Shown: positions 1-8,693, numbered from the stretch's first letter. The stretch: 64,000 nucleotides of DNA from Cypionkella sp. (GCA_031384605.1 JANNAT010000142.1:6367-70366); one strand, 5' to 3'. Translations and numbers: made by a program. The notes: generated by a model from the letters alone, not told the origin.

Positions 1-1254
1 GCCTTTTTCGCGAACGGTGGCTTCGTCAATCGGCACCATGCCCGCCTCTGACCCGGCGATCAGCAACCCATCACCGGTGACGACATAGCGCATGGGCCGA
101 AGTCCGTTGCGATCAAGACCGCCGCAAACCCATTGGCCATCGGTCATCGCCAATGCCGCCGGGCCATCCCAAGGTTCAATCACCGAATTGCAATAGGCAT
201 ACATATCGGCCCAGGCCGGTTTCATATCTGTGGTGGCTTTGGACCACGCCTCTGGCACCAGCATGGTTTTGGCCAAGGGGGCGTTGCGCCCCGACCGGAC
301 CAGCATTTCAAACACCGCATCCAGCGCGCCGGAATCGGATGTGCCTGCCGGAATGATCGGTTTGATATCTTCGGCGGCGTCGCCAAAATTATTCGACGCC
401 ATGCGAATTTCGTGGGATTTCATCCAGTTGACGTTGCCCTTCAGGGTGTTGATTTCGCCGTTATGGGCCAACATGCGAAACGGTTGCGCCAGCCACCACT
501 GCGGAAAGGTGTTGGTGCTGTATCGTTGGTGGTAGATCGCAAAAGCGGATTCAAACCGGTCGTCCATCAAGTCGGGGTAGAACGTGGCCACCTGTTCGGC
601 CAGCATCATGCCTTTGTAGATGATGCTGCGGCACGACAGGCTGCACAGATACATGCCCTGAATCTGGCCCGCCAAGGCCGCCTTTTCGATGCGGCGGCGG
701 ATGATATACAGCTCTCGTTCAAACTGTTCTTCGGTGATGTCTTTTTCGTTGCGGATCAGAATCTGTTCAATTTCTGGGCGGGTCGCGTTGGCCTTGTCGC
801 CCAGAACTGACACATCGACCGGCACGTGCCGCCAGCCATAGATATAATGGCCCATCCGCAAAACTTCGGATTCCACAATGGTGCGCACGCGTTCCTGCGC
901 GCCAAAATCGGTGCGGGGCAGAAAAACCTGGCCCACCGCAATCAGCTTTTTGGTGTCGGGTTCATGGCCGGTGCGACGGACCTGATCGTAGAAAAACTTG
1001 ACCGGGATTTGCACATGAATGCCCGCGCCATCGCCGGTTTTACCATCGGCATCAACAGCCCCGCGATGCCAAACCGCCTTTAGCGCCGCGATGCCGTTTT
1101 CAACAACCTTGCGCGACGGCTTGCCCGAAATCGCCACAACCAGACCGACGCCGCAAGACGCATGTTCGTCTTCAGTCTTATACAGACTGTTGGCGTCCAT
1201 CCAGGCGCGCTTGGCTTCCTCGGCTGCTACCCAGGCGTCGTTGTATTGGGTCAT
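1..1254 (-). CDS. gltB: glutamate synthase large subunit, N-terminal part (open at window start)
   Basis: Hand translation of the minus strand from ATG 1254 gives MTQYNDAWVAAEEAKRAWMDANSLYKTEDEHASCGVGLVV... It carries the Ntn-amidotransferase Cys (HASCGVG) and later QRYSTNTFP and HNGEINT motifs. AAGGA RBS upstream. Missing from the ORF track because it is open at the window edge. Confidence 0.9.
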   Translation of the reverse strand, partial: MTQYNDAWVAAEEAKRAWMDANSLYKTEDEHASCGVGLVVAISGKPSRKVVENGIAALKAVWHRGAVDADGKTGDGAGIHVQIPVKFFYDQVRRTGHEPDTKKLIAVGQVFLPRTDFGAQERVRTIVESEVLRMGHYIYGWRHVPVDVSVLGDKANATRPEIEQILIRNEKDITEEQFERELYIIRRRIEKAALAGQIQGMYLCSLSCRSIIYKGMMLAEQVATFYPDLMDDRFESAFAIYHQRYSTNTFPQWWLAQPFRMLAHNGEINTLKGNVNWMKSHEIRMASNNFGDAAEDIKPIIPAGTSDSGALDAVFEMLVRSGRNAPLAKTMLVPEAWSKATTDMKPAWADMYAYCNSVIEPWDGPAALAMTDGQWVCGGLDRNGLRPMRYVVTGDGLLIAGSEAGMVPIDEATVREKG

Positions 1255-1292
1255 GGCGGTATCCTTTGGCGTAAACGGTTATGCTTGGACCG

Positions 1293-2000
1293 TCAGTTTG
1301 CTTGGCGGATCAGGCTTAGTTGCGGCATGGGCAACGATGACGTCACCACATCACAATCGAAAATAGGCTGGGTGGCTGCAAAGCCTTTTTCGCCGGGCAG
1401 GATGAATTGCCGGGGAGAGCTTGCCATCGGCAACCAGTTGGTGCCGTCATACCATTCTGAACTGCCGGAAAAGAAATTGCGCCATTCAGGGCTGATGAAT
1501 TCGCGGCCGCGCGCCTGACGCAGAATGGTGCCTGAGTTATCGGTTTCGGTGTATTCGAATTCGGTTTGTGACAGTGTTACACCGTCTATCACCGCTGTCG
1601 TTCCCGTCAGTTTGTCAAAACCGCGGATGTTTGTGTGTTCACCGTTATCTTTGGTCAGGCTGAACACAAAGCTGTCATAGCCCGTGGACAGCAGATCAGA
1701 GAACGAGGCCGGATCAACCGGGTTGGGATCAAGGGTTTGCTTGACCGCCGGGTTCATATCATAGCTTTCGATCCACTGGGTTTCGCGGTCGATCTTGGAC
1801 AGATAAAACGGGCCTTCCTGATCGAAGTCCGCGCGCCATTGATCGCCGGGATTGTCGGCCTCACACCGGTAATAGTTTGCGACGTAACAGCCTTGCGATT
1901 GCACGGTCAGATACGCGGTGCAGCCTGCAGGCGGAGTAAAGCTGCCTGCGAAGGCAGGGGCCGCTGCAAAGATCACGGGAAATACCAAAAACAGTTTCAT
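1293..2000 (-). CDS. secreted hypothetical protein between gltD and gltB
   Basis: ORF 1293..2114 trimmed to ATG 2000, where a clear signal peptide begins (MKLFLVFPVIFAAAPAFAGS). No recognisable catalytic motif. Confidence 0.6.
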   Translation of the reverse strand: MKLFLVFPVIFAAAPAFAGSFTPPAGCTAYLTVQSQGCYVANYYRCEADNPGDQWRADFDQEGPFYLSKIDRETQWIESYDMNPAVKQTLDPNPVDPASFSDLLSTGYDSFVFSLTKDNGEHTNIRGFDKLTGTTAVIDGVTLSQTEFEYTETDNSGTILRQARGREFISPEWRNFFSGSSEWYDGTNWLPMASSPRQFILPGEKGFAATQPIFDCDVVTSSLPMPQLSLIRQAN

Positions 2001-2032
2001 ATGTTTGCAACCTTTATGCGGGGGTTTGACCA

Positions 2033-3469
2033 TCACTCTGCCGCAACGGCGGCGGGTTGCGCCAGATAGCCAAGGATCGACTCGGCGGCTTCGCGCCCGT
2101 CGCGGATGGCCCAAACTACCAGACTTGCACCGCGCACGATGTCACCTGCGGCATAGACGCCGGGCAGTGACGTGCCGTGGGTGCGAAAATCACCCTTGAT
2201 CGTGCCCCAACGGGTGACGGCCAGTTCGGGCACCCCCCACAGCGTGGGAATCGCTTCAGGTTCAAACCCCAGCGCCTGAATGACCAGTTCTGCAGGTTCG
2301 ACATAATCCGCGCCTTCGATGATCTCAGGTGATTGGCGGCCCGAGGAATCCGGCGCACCAAGACGCATTTTCTGCACGATCACGCCATCCACATCAACGC
2401 CGCCGGTAAAGCCTTTGGGGGCGGTCAGCCAGACGAAATCAACGCCTTCTTCTTCGGCATTTTGCACTTCGCGTTGGCTGCCGGGCATGTTGGCTTTATC
2501 GCGGCGATACAGGCATTTCACTGATAACGCCCCTTGGCGAATGGCGGTGCGCACACAGTCCATCGCGGTGTCGCCACCGCCGATGACCACAACGCGTTTG
2601 GCTTCGGCATTTAGGGCGCCATTGTCGAATTCGGGCACATCATCGCCAAAACTTTTGCGATTGCTGGCGGTCAGATAATCCAGTGCGGCCACAATACCTT
2701 TTGCACCGACGCCGGGGGCGGCAATGTCGCGTGCTTTATAGACGCCGGTGGCAATCAGGATGGCATCATGTTGGCCGCGTATGGCGTCAAAGGTCAGATC
2801 GACACCGATATTGCAGTTCAAGACAAACTTCACGCCGCCCAGTTCCAATTGTTCGATGCGCTGCATCACAACCGGCTTTTCCAGCTTGAAGCCGGGGATG
2901 CCATAGGTCAGCAGACCGCCCGCACGATCATAGCGATCATAAACGGTGACCTGCACACCCCGGCGGCGCAGCACATCGGCCGCCGCCAGTCCGCCCGGCC
3001 CAGCGCCGATAATGCCCACGGATTCGGGGCGTTCGGCATGCGGGCGGATCGGTTTGACCCAACCCATTTCCCAAGCCTTATCTGTCAGGTATTTTTCAAC
3101 CGCGCCAATGGTTACCGTGCCATGGCCCGATTGTTCAATCACGCAATTGCCTTCGCAAAGCCGATCCTGGGGGCAGATGCGGCCACAGATTTCGGGGAAG
3201 GTATTGGTGGCCTGGCTTAACTCATAAGCCTCTTCCAGACGGCCTTCTGCCGTCAGGCGCAGCCAATCGGGGATGTTATTGTGCAGCGGACAATGGGTTT
3301 GGCAATAGGGCACGCCGCATTGGCTGCACCGGCTGGATTGTTCGGCGGCTTTGCTTGCGGCAAAATCGCGATAGATTTCATCAAAATCGCTGGTGCGCGC
3401 ATAGGCATCGCGCTTCTGGGGCATCTCTTTGCCCAAGTTCACGAATGTCAGCATTTTTTGGCCAGCCAT
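2033..3469 (-). CDS. gltD: glutamate synthase small subunit (NADPH)
   Basis: 478 aa. Cys-rich Fe-S region (CSQCGVPYCQTHCPLHNNIP, CPQDRLCEGNC) and two dinucleotide-binding GxGxxG motifs (IIGAGPGGLAAA, VIGGGDTAMDC). Confidence 0.92.
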   Translation of the reverse strand: MAGQKMLTFVNLGKEMPQKRDAYARTSDFDEIYRDFAASKAAEQSSRCSQCGVPYCQTHCPLHNNIPDWLRLTAEGRLEEAYELSQATNTFPEICGRICPQDRLCEGNCVIEQSGHGTVTIGAVEKYLTDKAWEMGWVKPIRPHAERPESVGIIGAGPGGLAAADVLRRRGVQVTVYDRYDRAGGLLTYGIPGFKLEKPVVMQRIEQLELGGVKFVLNCNIGVDLTFDAIRGQHDAILIATGVYKARDIAAPGVGAKGIVAALDYLTASNRKSFGDDVPEFDNGALNAEAKRVVVIGGGDTAMDCVRTAIRQGALSVKCLYRRDKANMPGSQREVQNAEEEGVDFVWLTAPKGFTGGVDVDGVIVQKMRLGAPDSSGRQSPEIIEGADYVEPAELVIQALGFEPEAIPTLWGVPELAVTRWGTIKGDFRTHGTSLPGVYAAGDIVRGASLVVWAIRDGREAAESILGYLAQPAAVAAE

Positions 3470-3630
3470 ATCATCGCCTCGTGGGTCAATTGTCTTCGCA
3501 GCGGCTTGATACGACTGTCCGCTTCGAATTAAAAGGCAGTAATGCTGACCTATTATCGGATTTTTTGCGTTGCTTTGCTGTAGACTGGCTAAAATCCGGC
3601 AATAAAGGTCAGTAAGAGTTACCTAACGCC

Positions 3631-4431
3631 TTAGAGCCCTGCCCAAAGCGCCAGTAAAGCGGCGGATCCCACGATGATTCGCCACCAGCCAAACAGGGCA
3701 AATCCATGTTGGCTGACATAGCCGAGCACCCAGCGCACAACGATCAAGGCGGTGATGAACGCACAAACGAACCCGACGGCAATGTCGGACAGGGCGGAAA
3801 AATCCAACACCTCGCGGTTTTTATACAGATCATAGGCAAAAGCCCCCGCCATCGTGGGCATCGACAGAAAAAACGAAAACTCGGCAGCGGCGCGCCTGTC
3901 AACACCCAGCATCAGCGCCCCCACGATGGTAGAGCCTGACCGCGACACGCCGGGCACCAAGGCCAGACATTGAATGAACCCAATGGCCACAGCTTTGCGA
4001 AACGGTATCTCGGTGGCGTCGTGGTGCACGGGCGCAGGTGCCGCACGATCAACAAACAACAACACGATGCCGCCAAGGATCAGCATGACTGCGATCAGCC
4101 TTGGCGATTCGAACAGCACGGATTTAATGAAATCATGGGCCAACACTCCGATTACAACGGCGGGTATAAACGCCAATGCCACCGAGACGATGAACCGGAA
4201 CGCCGCGGGATCGCGGTGGGCAGTGGAAAACACCTGCCACAGCTTGGCTGCATATAGGGTTATAATGGCCAAAACAGCGCCCAGCTGAATAACCACTTCA
4301 AAGGTTTTTCCAGCACTTTCAAAACCCATGAAGTGCCCGGCCAGCAATAGATGCCCGGTAGACGAAACGGGAATGAATTCGGTCAGGCCTTCGATCAGAC
4401 CCAAGACAGCGGCGACAACGGTATTGGTCAT
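3631..4431 (-). CDS. uppP: undecaprenyl-diphosphate phosphatase
   Basis: 266-aa polytopic membrane ORF. The N-terminus [19 protein letters not shown] is the UppP/BacA signature. Confidence 0.9.
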   Translation of the reverse strand: MTNTVVAAVLGLIEGLTEFIPVSSTGHLLLAGHFMGFESAGKTFEVVIQLGAVLAIITLYAAKLWQVFSTAHRDPAAFRFIVSVALAFIPAVVIGVLAHDFIKSVLFESPRLIAVMLILGGIVLLFVDRAAPAPVHHDATEIPFRKAVAIGFIQCLALVPGVSRSGSTIVGALMLGVDRRAAAEFSFFLSMPTMAGAFAYDLYKNREVLDFSALSDIAVGFVCAFITALIVVRWVLGYVSQHGFALFGWWRIIVGSAALLALWAGL

Positions 4432-4434
4432 ACC

Positions 4435-5421
4435 TTAGTTGCGCTTCAGATTTTTGGCGGAATCCTTGATCGCCGCATATTGCCCCGATGGGCGGTAACG
4501 CCACAGATATTCCGGGATCACCGCATCAATCGGCGTTGCCACAATGCCCAGATCAGCCAAGGTTTTCGCCCCCGGAGCCACCACATTGTCAGACCGCAAA
4601 GAGGTAACCTGATCGCGCGTCAGCAGCCCGTTCTTGATCAGCCCACCTGTTGCTATCGATCCAAAATCCAACAGCGTTGCCATGATGCGCGCCACAAAGA
4701 ACGGCACATTCAGCACAAGGCGGCGGCGGTGAATGACGGCCAACATGCGGTGCATCAAGCCCTTAAAGCTGTCGACATCAGGGCCACCCAGTTCATAAAC
4801 ACCCGGCGCTGCCCGCCCCGTTACGCCCTGAACCGCGGCTTGGGCCACGTCATCAACAAACACCGGTTGAAACTTGGTGCCGCCGCCGACTACGGGAAGG
4901 ATTGGGCCAAGGCGGGCCATCCCGGCAAAGCGGTTAAAGAAGCCGTCTTCGTTGCCGAAAATCACCGATGGTCGCAAGATCACCGCCGAAGGGAAAACCG
5001 CCAGAATAGCCGCCTCACCCGCGCCCTTGGATTGCGCATAAAGGCTTGCACCTTCGGGATCGGCACCGATGGCGGATATATGCACAAGGTGGCCAACCTT
5101 CAAACCGGCGGCAATGCGGGCAATGCGGGCGGCCCCTTCGGTCTGGACGGCGGTAAAGTTGTTCTTACCGCCACGATCAAAGGTGCCAACGCAATTTACC
5201 ACGGCATCTGCGCCCAACATCGCCATCCGCACCGACGCGTCATCGCGGATGTTGCAAAACACAGGCTCCACCTGCCCAACCGTTCCGTATGGCCTGACAA
5301 ACAGCGCTTCGTTCGGCCGGCGCACGGCCACACGCACGCGCCAGCCCTCTTTGGCCATACGCCGGGCGATATAGCGGCCGACAAAACCGCCGCCGCCGTA
5401 GATCGTTACCAGCTTGCTCAT
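4435..5421 (-). CDS. NAD(P)H-binding SDR, complex I NDUFA9-subunit-like family
   Basis: Start moved to ATG 5421 (AAGGGG RBS), giving MSKLVTIYGGGGFVGRYIA with a Rossmann motif. About 328 aa, as is typical of the alphaproteobacterial NDUFA9-like family. Confidence 0.75.
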   Translation of the reverse strand: MSKLVTIYGGGGFVGRYIARRMAKEGWRVRVAVRRPNEALFVRPYGTVGQVEPVFCNIRDDASVRMAMLGADAVVNCVGTFDRGGKNNFTAVQTEGAARIARIAAGLKVGHLVHISAIGADPEGASLYAQSKGAGEAAILAVFPSAVILRPSVIFGNEDGFFNRFAGMARLGPILPVVGGGTKFQPVFVDDVAQAAVQGVTGRAAPGVYELGGPDVDSFKGLMHRMLAVIHRRRLVLNVPFFVARIMATLLDFGSIATGGLIKNGLLTRDQVTSLRSDNVVAPGAKTLADLGIVATPIDAVIPEYLWRYRPSGQYAAIKDSAKNLKRN

Positions 5422-5577
5422 GCGGAACCCCTTGTCGATGTATTTCACTTACAGCTTGAATAATCTTCACAAGCCGAACCAGCAAGGCCAATCACTGCGG
5501 CGAATTTTCCTGACTTCGGCCTTACCATGTGTTGACTTAGCCCAAACGCGTGGGCTACATCGCCCTCACGACACTGG

Positions 5578-5662
5578 GCCCTGGTGGCGGAATTGGTAGA
5601 CGCGCTGGTTTCAGGTACCAGTGTTGCAAGACGTGGAGGTTCGAGTCCTCTCCTGGGCACCA
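5578..5662 (+). tRNA. tRNA-Leu (anticodon CAG), CCA encoded
   Basis: GCCCTGGTGGCGGAATTGGTAGACGCGCTGGTTTCAGGTACCAG...GGTTCGAGTCC...GGGCACCA. It has the long variable arm and Leu-type D arm, and the anticodon loop TTCAGGT gives CAG. One U-U mismatch at 5:68 in the acceptor stem. Confidence 0.85.
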
Positions 5663-5803
5663 TGTCGACCCTTCCGGGGGGTTCTTTGGAAGGGCAGCGC
5701 TGTTTTACAGGCGTTGACCCAAACCAGCCGCAAAACGCGGTGTCCAAGTCAGCAAATCATTGTCATTGCACTGTTAAAGCGGCATAACGGATTTTACCGG
5801 CCC

Positions 5804-6580
5804 CTAGCCTGTCGCCAACGCTTTCATCTGCAGGGCCAATGTTGATGCCGCTTTTGCCAGCAAAGCCACATCGCTGCCCACGCCGACAAAAGTAACGCCC
5901 AGTTTCAGATAGTGCGCAACGGCCGCGGTATCGAACGTCAGAATCCCAGCGGCTTTGCCCGATGCAACAATCTGGCCCAACGCATCGTCGATCGCCGCTT
6001 GCACCTGGGGGGCGGCGGAATTTCCCGGATAACCCATATCGGCAGCCAAATCCGACGGGCCGACAAAGACGCAATCCACGCCGTCCAGTTCCAGAATTCC
6101 GGGCAGTGCGGCCAGCCCGGCACGGCTTTCGACCTGCAAGATCAGACAGATTTCGTCATTGGCATTTTGAACATAGTCGGCCATCTGGCCAAAGTTTGAG
6201 GCCCGCGCCGAACCCGCGCCAACGCCCCGGATGCCTTTTGGCGGATAAAGCGTTGCCGCGATCACCGCTTTGGCGTAATCGACGCTTTCAATCATCGGGA
6301 TCAAAAGTGTTTGCACACCAAGATCAAGGATCTGCTTGATCATCCAGGCCTCGCCTGTCGGGGGGCGCACGACCACGTTGGTGCGCGTGCCAATGGTTTG
6401 GGCTTGGGACAGGATGGTAGGAATGTCATTCGGGCCATGTTCGGCATCAATCAAAAGCCAATCAAAGCCAACATCCGACAGCAGCTCGGATGAATAGGGG
6501 CTGGCAAGGCTGATCCAAATGCCGATTTGCGGCATTTTCGCTGCCAGAGCGGCCTTCAGGTGGTTGGTTGGCACAGGCAT
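5804..6580 (-). CDS. HpcH/HpaI family aldolase (2-keto-3-deoxy-acid aldolase type)
   Basis: 258 aa. GIWISLASPYSSELLSDVGFDWLLIDAEHGPNDI and LIPMIES motifs are typical of the HpcH/HpaI aldolase / citrate lyase beta family. Confidence 0.8.
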   Translation of the reverse strand: MPVPTNHLKAALAAKMPQIGIWISLASPYSSELLSDVGFDWLLIDAEHGPNDIPTILSQAQTIGTRTNVVVRPPTGEAWMIKQILDLGVQTLLIPMIESVDYAKAVIAATLYPPKGIRGVGAGSARASNFGQMADYVQNANDEICLILQVESRAGLAALPGILELDGVDCVFVGPSDLAADMGYPGNSAAPQVQAAIDDALGQIVASGKAAGILTFDTAAVAHYLKLGVTFVGVGSDVALLAKAASTLALQMKALATG

Positions 6581-6693
6581 GACGCATCCTTAGGGCAAGC
6601 GGCGCAAAGTCTTTTGCCCGCCCGCTACCCTTGTTAAACAAATCAGCCCGGTCAAGCCCAGCGGGCTGCCAATGCGGTGCTGGATATTTGAAT

Positions 6694-6770
6694 GTGGTGC
6701 CCCTAAACGTATTCGAACTGCCGACCCCATCATTATGAATGACGTGGGGAAGCAACTTTACCACTTGATT
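6694..6770 (-). other. tRNA-like 3' fragment (not a foldable tRNA)
   Basis: Minus strand reads ...CGTCATTCATAATGATGGGGTCGGCAGTTCGAATACGTTTAGGGGCACCA. This gives a CAT anticodon-loop-like hairpin, a GTTCGAAT T-loop and an acceptor 3' strand plus ACCA. The T-stem 3' half does not pair and no matching 5' acceptor strand (GCCCCTA) exists. Confidence 0.35.
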
Positions 6771-6836
6771 TAATACGGTTTTTCGACGGACGCAAACCGC
6801 TTTACAAGGATGTCACAGGTTTTGCGGTTTGTGACG

Positions 6837-7286
6837 TCACTTCAGATCGACGCCGTCGATCTGCACATACCATTGGGCAGCATCCCTGAGACCCTTCTCT
6901 TGCGCGCCTTTGAACTTCTTGGCTTCGTCCTTGCGCCAAACTTCTCCATGATAGGGGTTATCAGGAAAGTTTGGATCATCCTTGATGGGGGCGTAACCAA
7001 CCATGAGGTCTAGGGAGCGAATGCTTTCCGCCGTAAATGACACGGCACCTTGAAAATCAGGTGTAATCACATACTCCCGTGGGTCCAGTTCAGCATTCTG
7101 GATCAACGCCTCAATGTCCACGGACATGCCAGCCTTGGGACTCGAAGACTTACTATAGAGACCTTTTGAAATTCGCTGCCTGCGAACCTCTCCATTGTCG
7201 TCCCAGACAAGCTGATGCTTAGGCACACGGCGGACGATCACATCCGCTGCGGAGATTTCCTCTTCATCGTAAGGATCCACCGTCAA
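6837..7286 (-). CDS. hypothetical protein C of three-gene cassette (149 aa, candidate effector)
   Basis: ORF with TTG start at 7286 (GTG alternative at 7280) and GAGGG about 10 nt upstream. In the same frame as upstream ORF B, separated from it by a TAG and two codons. Motifs RRVPKH, GMSVD and DNPYHGEVW. No family assignable from memory. Confidence 0.6.
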   Translation of the reverse strand: MTVDPYDEEEISAADVIVRRVPKHQLVWDDNGEVRRQRISKGLYSKSSSPKAGMSVDIEALIQNAELDPREYVITPDFQGAVSFTAESIRSLDLMVGYAPIKDDPNFPDNPYHGEVWRKDEAKKFKGAQEKGLRDAAQWYVQIDGVDLK

Positions 7287-7292
7287 GGAACA

Positions 7293-7799
7293 CTAGCCCT
7301 CGACCTGCATCAGGGCAGGAATCCGCTTTGCCGCGAGGGCGGAAACCCATTTAGACAGTTCAGTGAAATCAGTCTGAACTTCGATTTCTTCCTCTTCATC
7401 AGTCATCAAATCGGTTCTGCAAGCAACTACTTCATAAGGCGCAAGCACTTCAATCTCGAGATCATACTTGTTCATGTGCCACTCCAAACGGAGTGTGCCG
7501 TCGGACATTGGTACCAACTGCGGAGGAGGCAGCGCTTGGGTGTAGAGACTTTCAATAATGTTTGCCGCAAATTGCGCGCAGGTGAATGAGACAGGCAAAC
7601 CGGCATATCCATCCCAACCCTTACGGAGGGATGTTAAAGTGTTGAAATCACCTTCTAGTTCCCTGACCCAAGGGGACCGCGGATTCGAAACGCGCACCCG
7701 CGCTTGCCTCACGGGGAGCGACGAGATCGGATCATCAACCTGAAAGAAGTTCGCGACTTCGTCCTGGTACACGGTCGAAAATGCTGATCGAGCGTTCAT
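7293..7799 (-). CDS. hypothetical protein B of three-gene cassette (168 aa, acidic C-terminal part)
   Basis: ATG at 7799 shares one base with the TAA stop of ORF A (TAATG). Motifs LRKGWDGYAGLPV and PPPQLVPMSDGTLRLEWH, plus the acidic run TDEEEEIEVQTD. Confidence 0.65.
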   Translation of the reverse strand: MNARSAFSTVYQDEVANFFQVDDPISSLPVRQARVRVSNPRSPWVRELEGDFNTLTSLRKGWDGYAGLPVSFTCAQFAANIIESLYTQALPPPQLVPMSDGTLRLEWHMNKYDLEIEVLAPYEVVACRTDLMTDEEEEIEVQTDFTELSKWVSALAAKRIPALMQVEG

Positions 7800-8596
7800 T
7801 ATAGCCTCCCCCAGATCGTGTGGGCTTCAGAAGTTGTAATTTCAGAGAACCTGGTAACGATTGCGTCTCGGCCTGCTGCAAGAAATTGCATAGCTGCATC
7901 CACGCCATTGCCCGCTGGCTTGCCTTTAAACGTCAGAGACAGCCTAAAGACCTTTTGCTTCCCATCGACCGTGAAGGCCGACTGTAACTGGTGAGTGAGG
8001 CGGGCATATGGCTTGCCATTGGCCGATCTCATGACCTGACCAAAACTAACATTCAACCCTTCCATCTCGAACGATCCCGTCCAGATGCGAAACCACTTCT
8101 CAGCTTGCGAAAATTCGTCCACGGGGATGATGTTGATATAGGCCACTTCGGCTTGATTTATGTCAATTTTATAGGCGAAGTCGGACGCAAAGTGCTTTTC
8201 CAACCGGCGCAACTGGGTTTCCATCGCTCCCGACAGCCCCTCGAAATGCGGGTAGGGCTGAGTATTGGGCTGCCGCCGCCAGTTTGTGATAAAGCGGTCC
8301 GGTTGAAACTGTAACAGGTGGTTTTCGTCTTCTGAAACGAACCAGAGTCTGCTCCCAACCGGAGGCGCACCTACAATGAACTGCGGGCCGATTTGCAGGT
8401 TTGCGCCGCCAAAGGTCTCGAACTGGGGGTCGATGACTGAATGCTCTTGGACCTTGGGGAACTCTTGGCGAAACAGGTCCCAAATGCCCTTTGCATAAAC
8501 CGACGCATACGCGGGAACCGACGCGAATTGCACGCCCAGAACAACCTCATCCAACGGAGGTCGCGAGTAGTCTGGAAGGTGGTCAGGCCGTATCAT
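7799..8596 (-). CDS. hypothetical protein A of three-gene cassette (265 aa, TIGR04255-like by recollection)
   Basis: GGGAGAG RBS 7 nt before ATG 8596. The N-terminus PDYSRPPLDEVVLGVQFASVP and the length of about 260 aa match my memory of the uncharacterised TIGR04255 family. Confidence 0.7.
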   Translation of the reverse strand: MIRPDHLPDYSRPPLDEVVLGVQFASVPAYASVYAKGIWDLFRQEFPKVQEHSVIDPQFETFGGANLQIGPQFIVGAPPVGSRLWFVSEDENHLLQFQPDRFITNWRRQPNTQPYPHFEGLSGAMETQLRRLEKHFASDFAYKIDINQAEVAYINIIPVDEFSQAEKWFRIWTGSFEMEGLNVSFGQVMRSANGKPYARLTHQLQSAFTVDGKQKVFRLSLTFKGKPAGNGVDAAMQFLAAGRDAIVTRFSEITTSEAHTIWGRL

Positions 8597-8673
8597 CGAA
8601 AATCTCTCCCAAGACCTTGTAGCGCAGGGTTGACTCGCGTGACTAGCGCTAACTGCACCTCATAGATAAAAAT

Positions 8674-8693
8674 CCTTGACACTCCGTTCAAGG
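8674..8693 (-). terminator. hairpin followed by a T-run, downstream of tRNA-Thr (overlaps a possible cassette promoter)
   Basis: Minus strand reads CCTTGA-ACGGAGTG-TCAAGG followed by ATTTTTAT. A TTGAAC-N17-TATCTA sigma70-like pair (8691..8663) overlaps it and could drive the cassette. Confidence 0.4.

Noticed and set aside
4351-5463. 370-aa plus-strand ORF
   Set aside because: It lies entirely antisense to the well-supported NDUFA9-like SDR gene. The composition is Arg/Gly/His-rich and low-complexity, as is typical of shadow ORFs in high-GC DNA, and there is no RBS.
6694-6770. Possible intact tRNA-Met/Ile(CAT) gene
   Set aside because: The T-stem cannot pair (GGCAG versus ACGTT), and no D-arm or 5' acceptor strand exists. 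I kept it only as a tRNA-like fragment.
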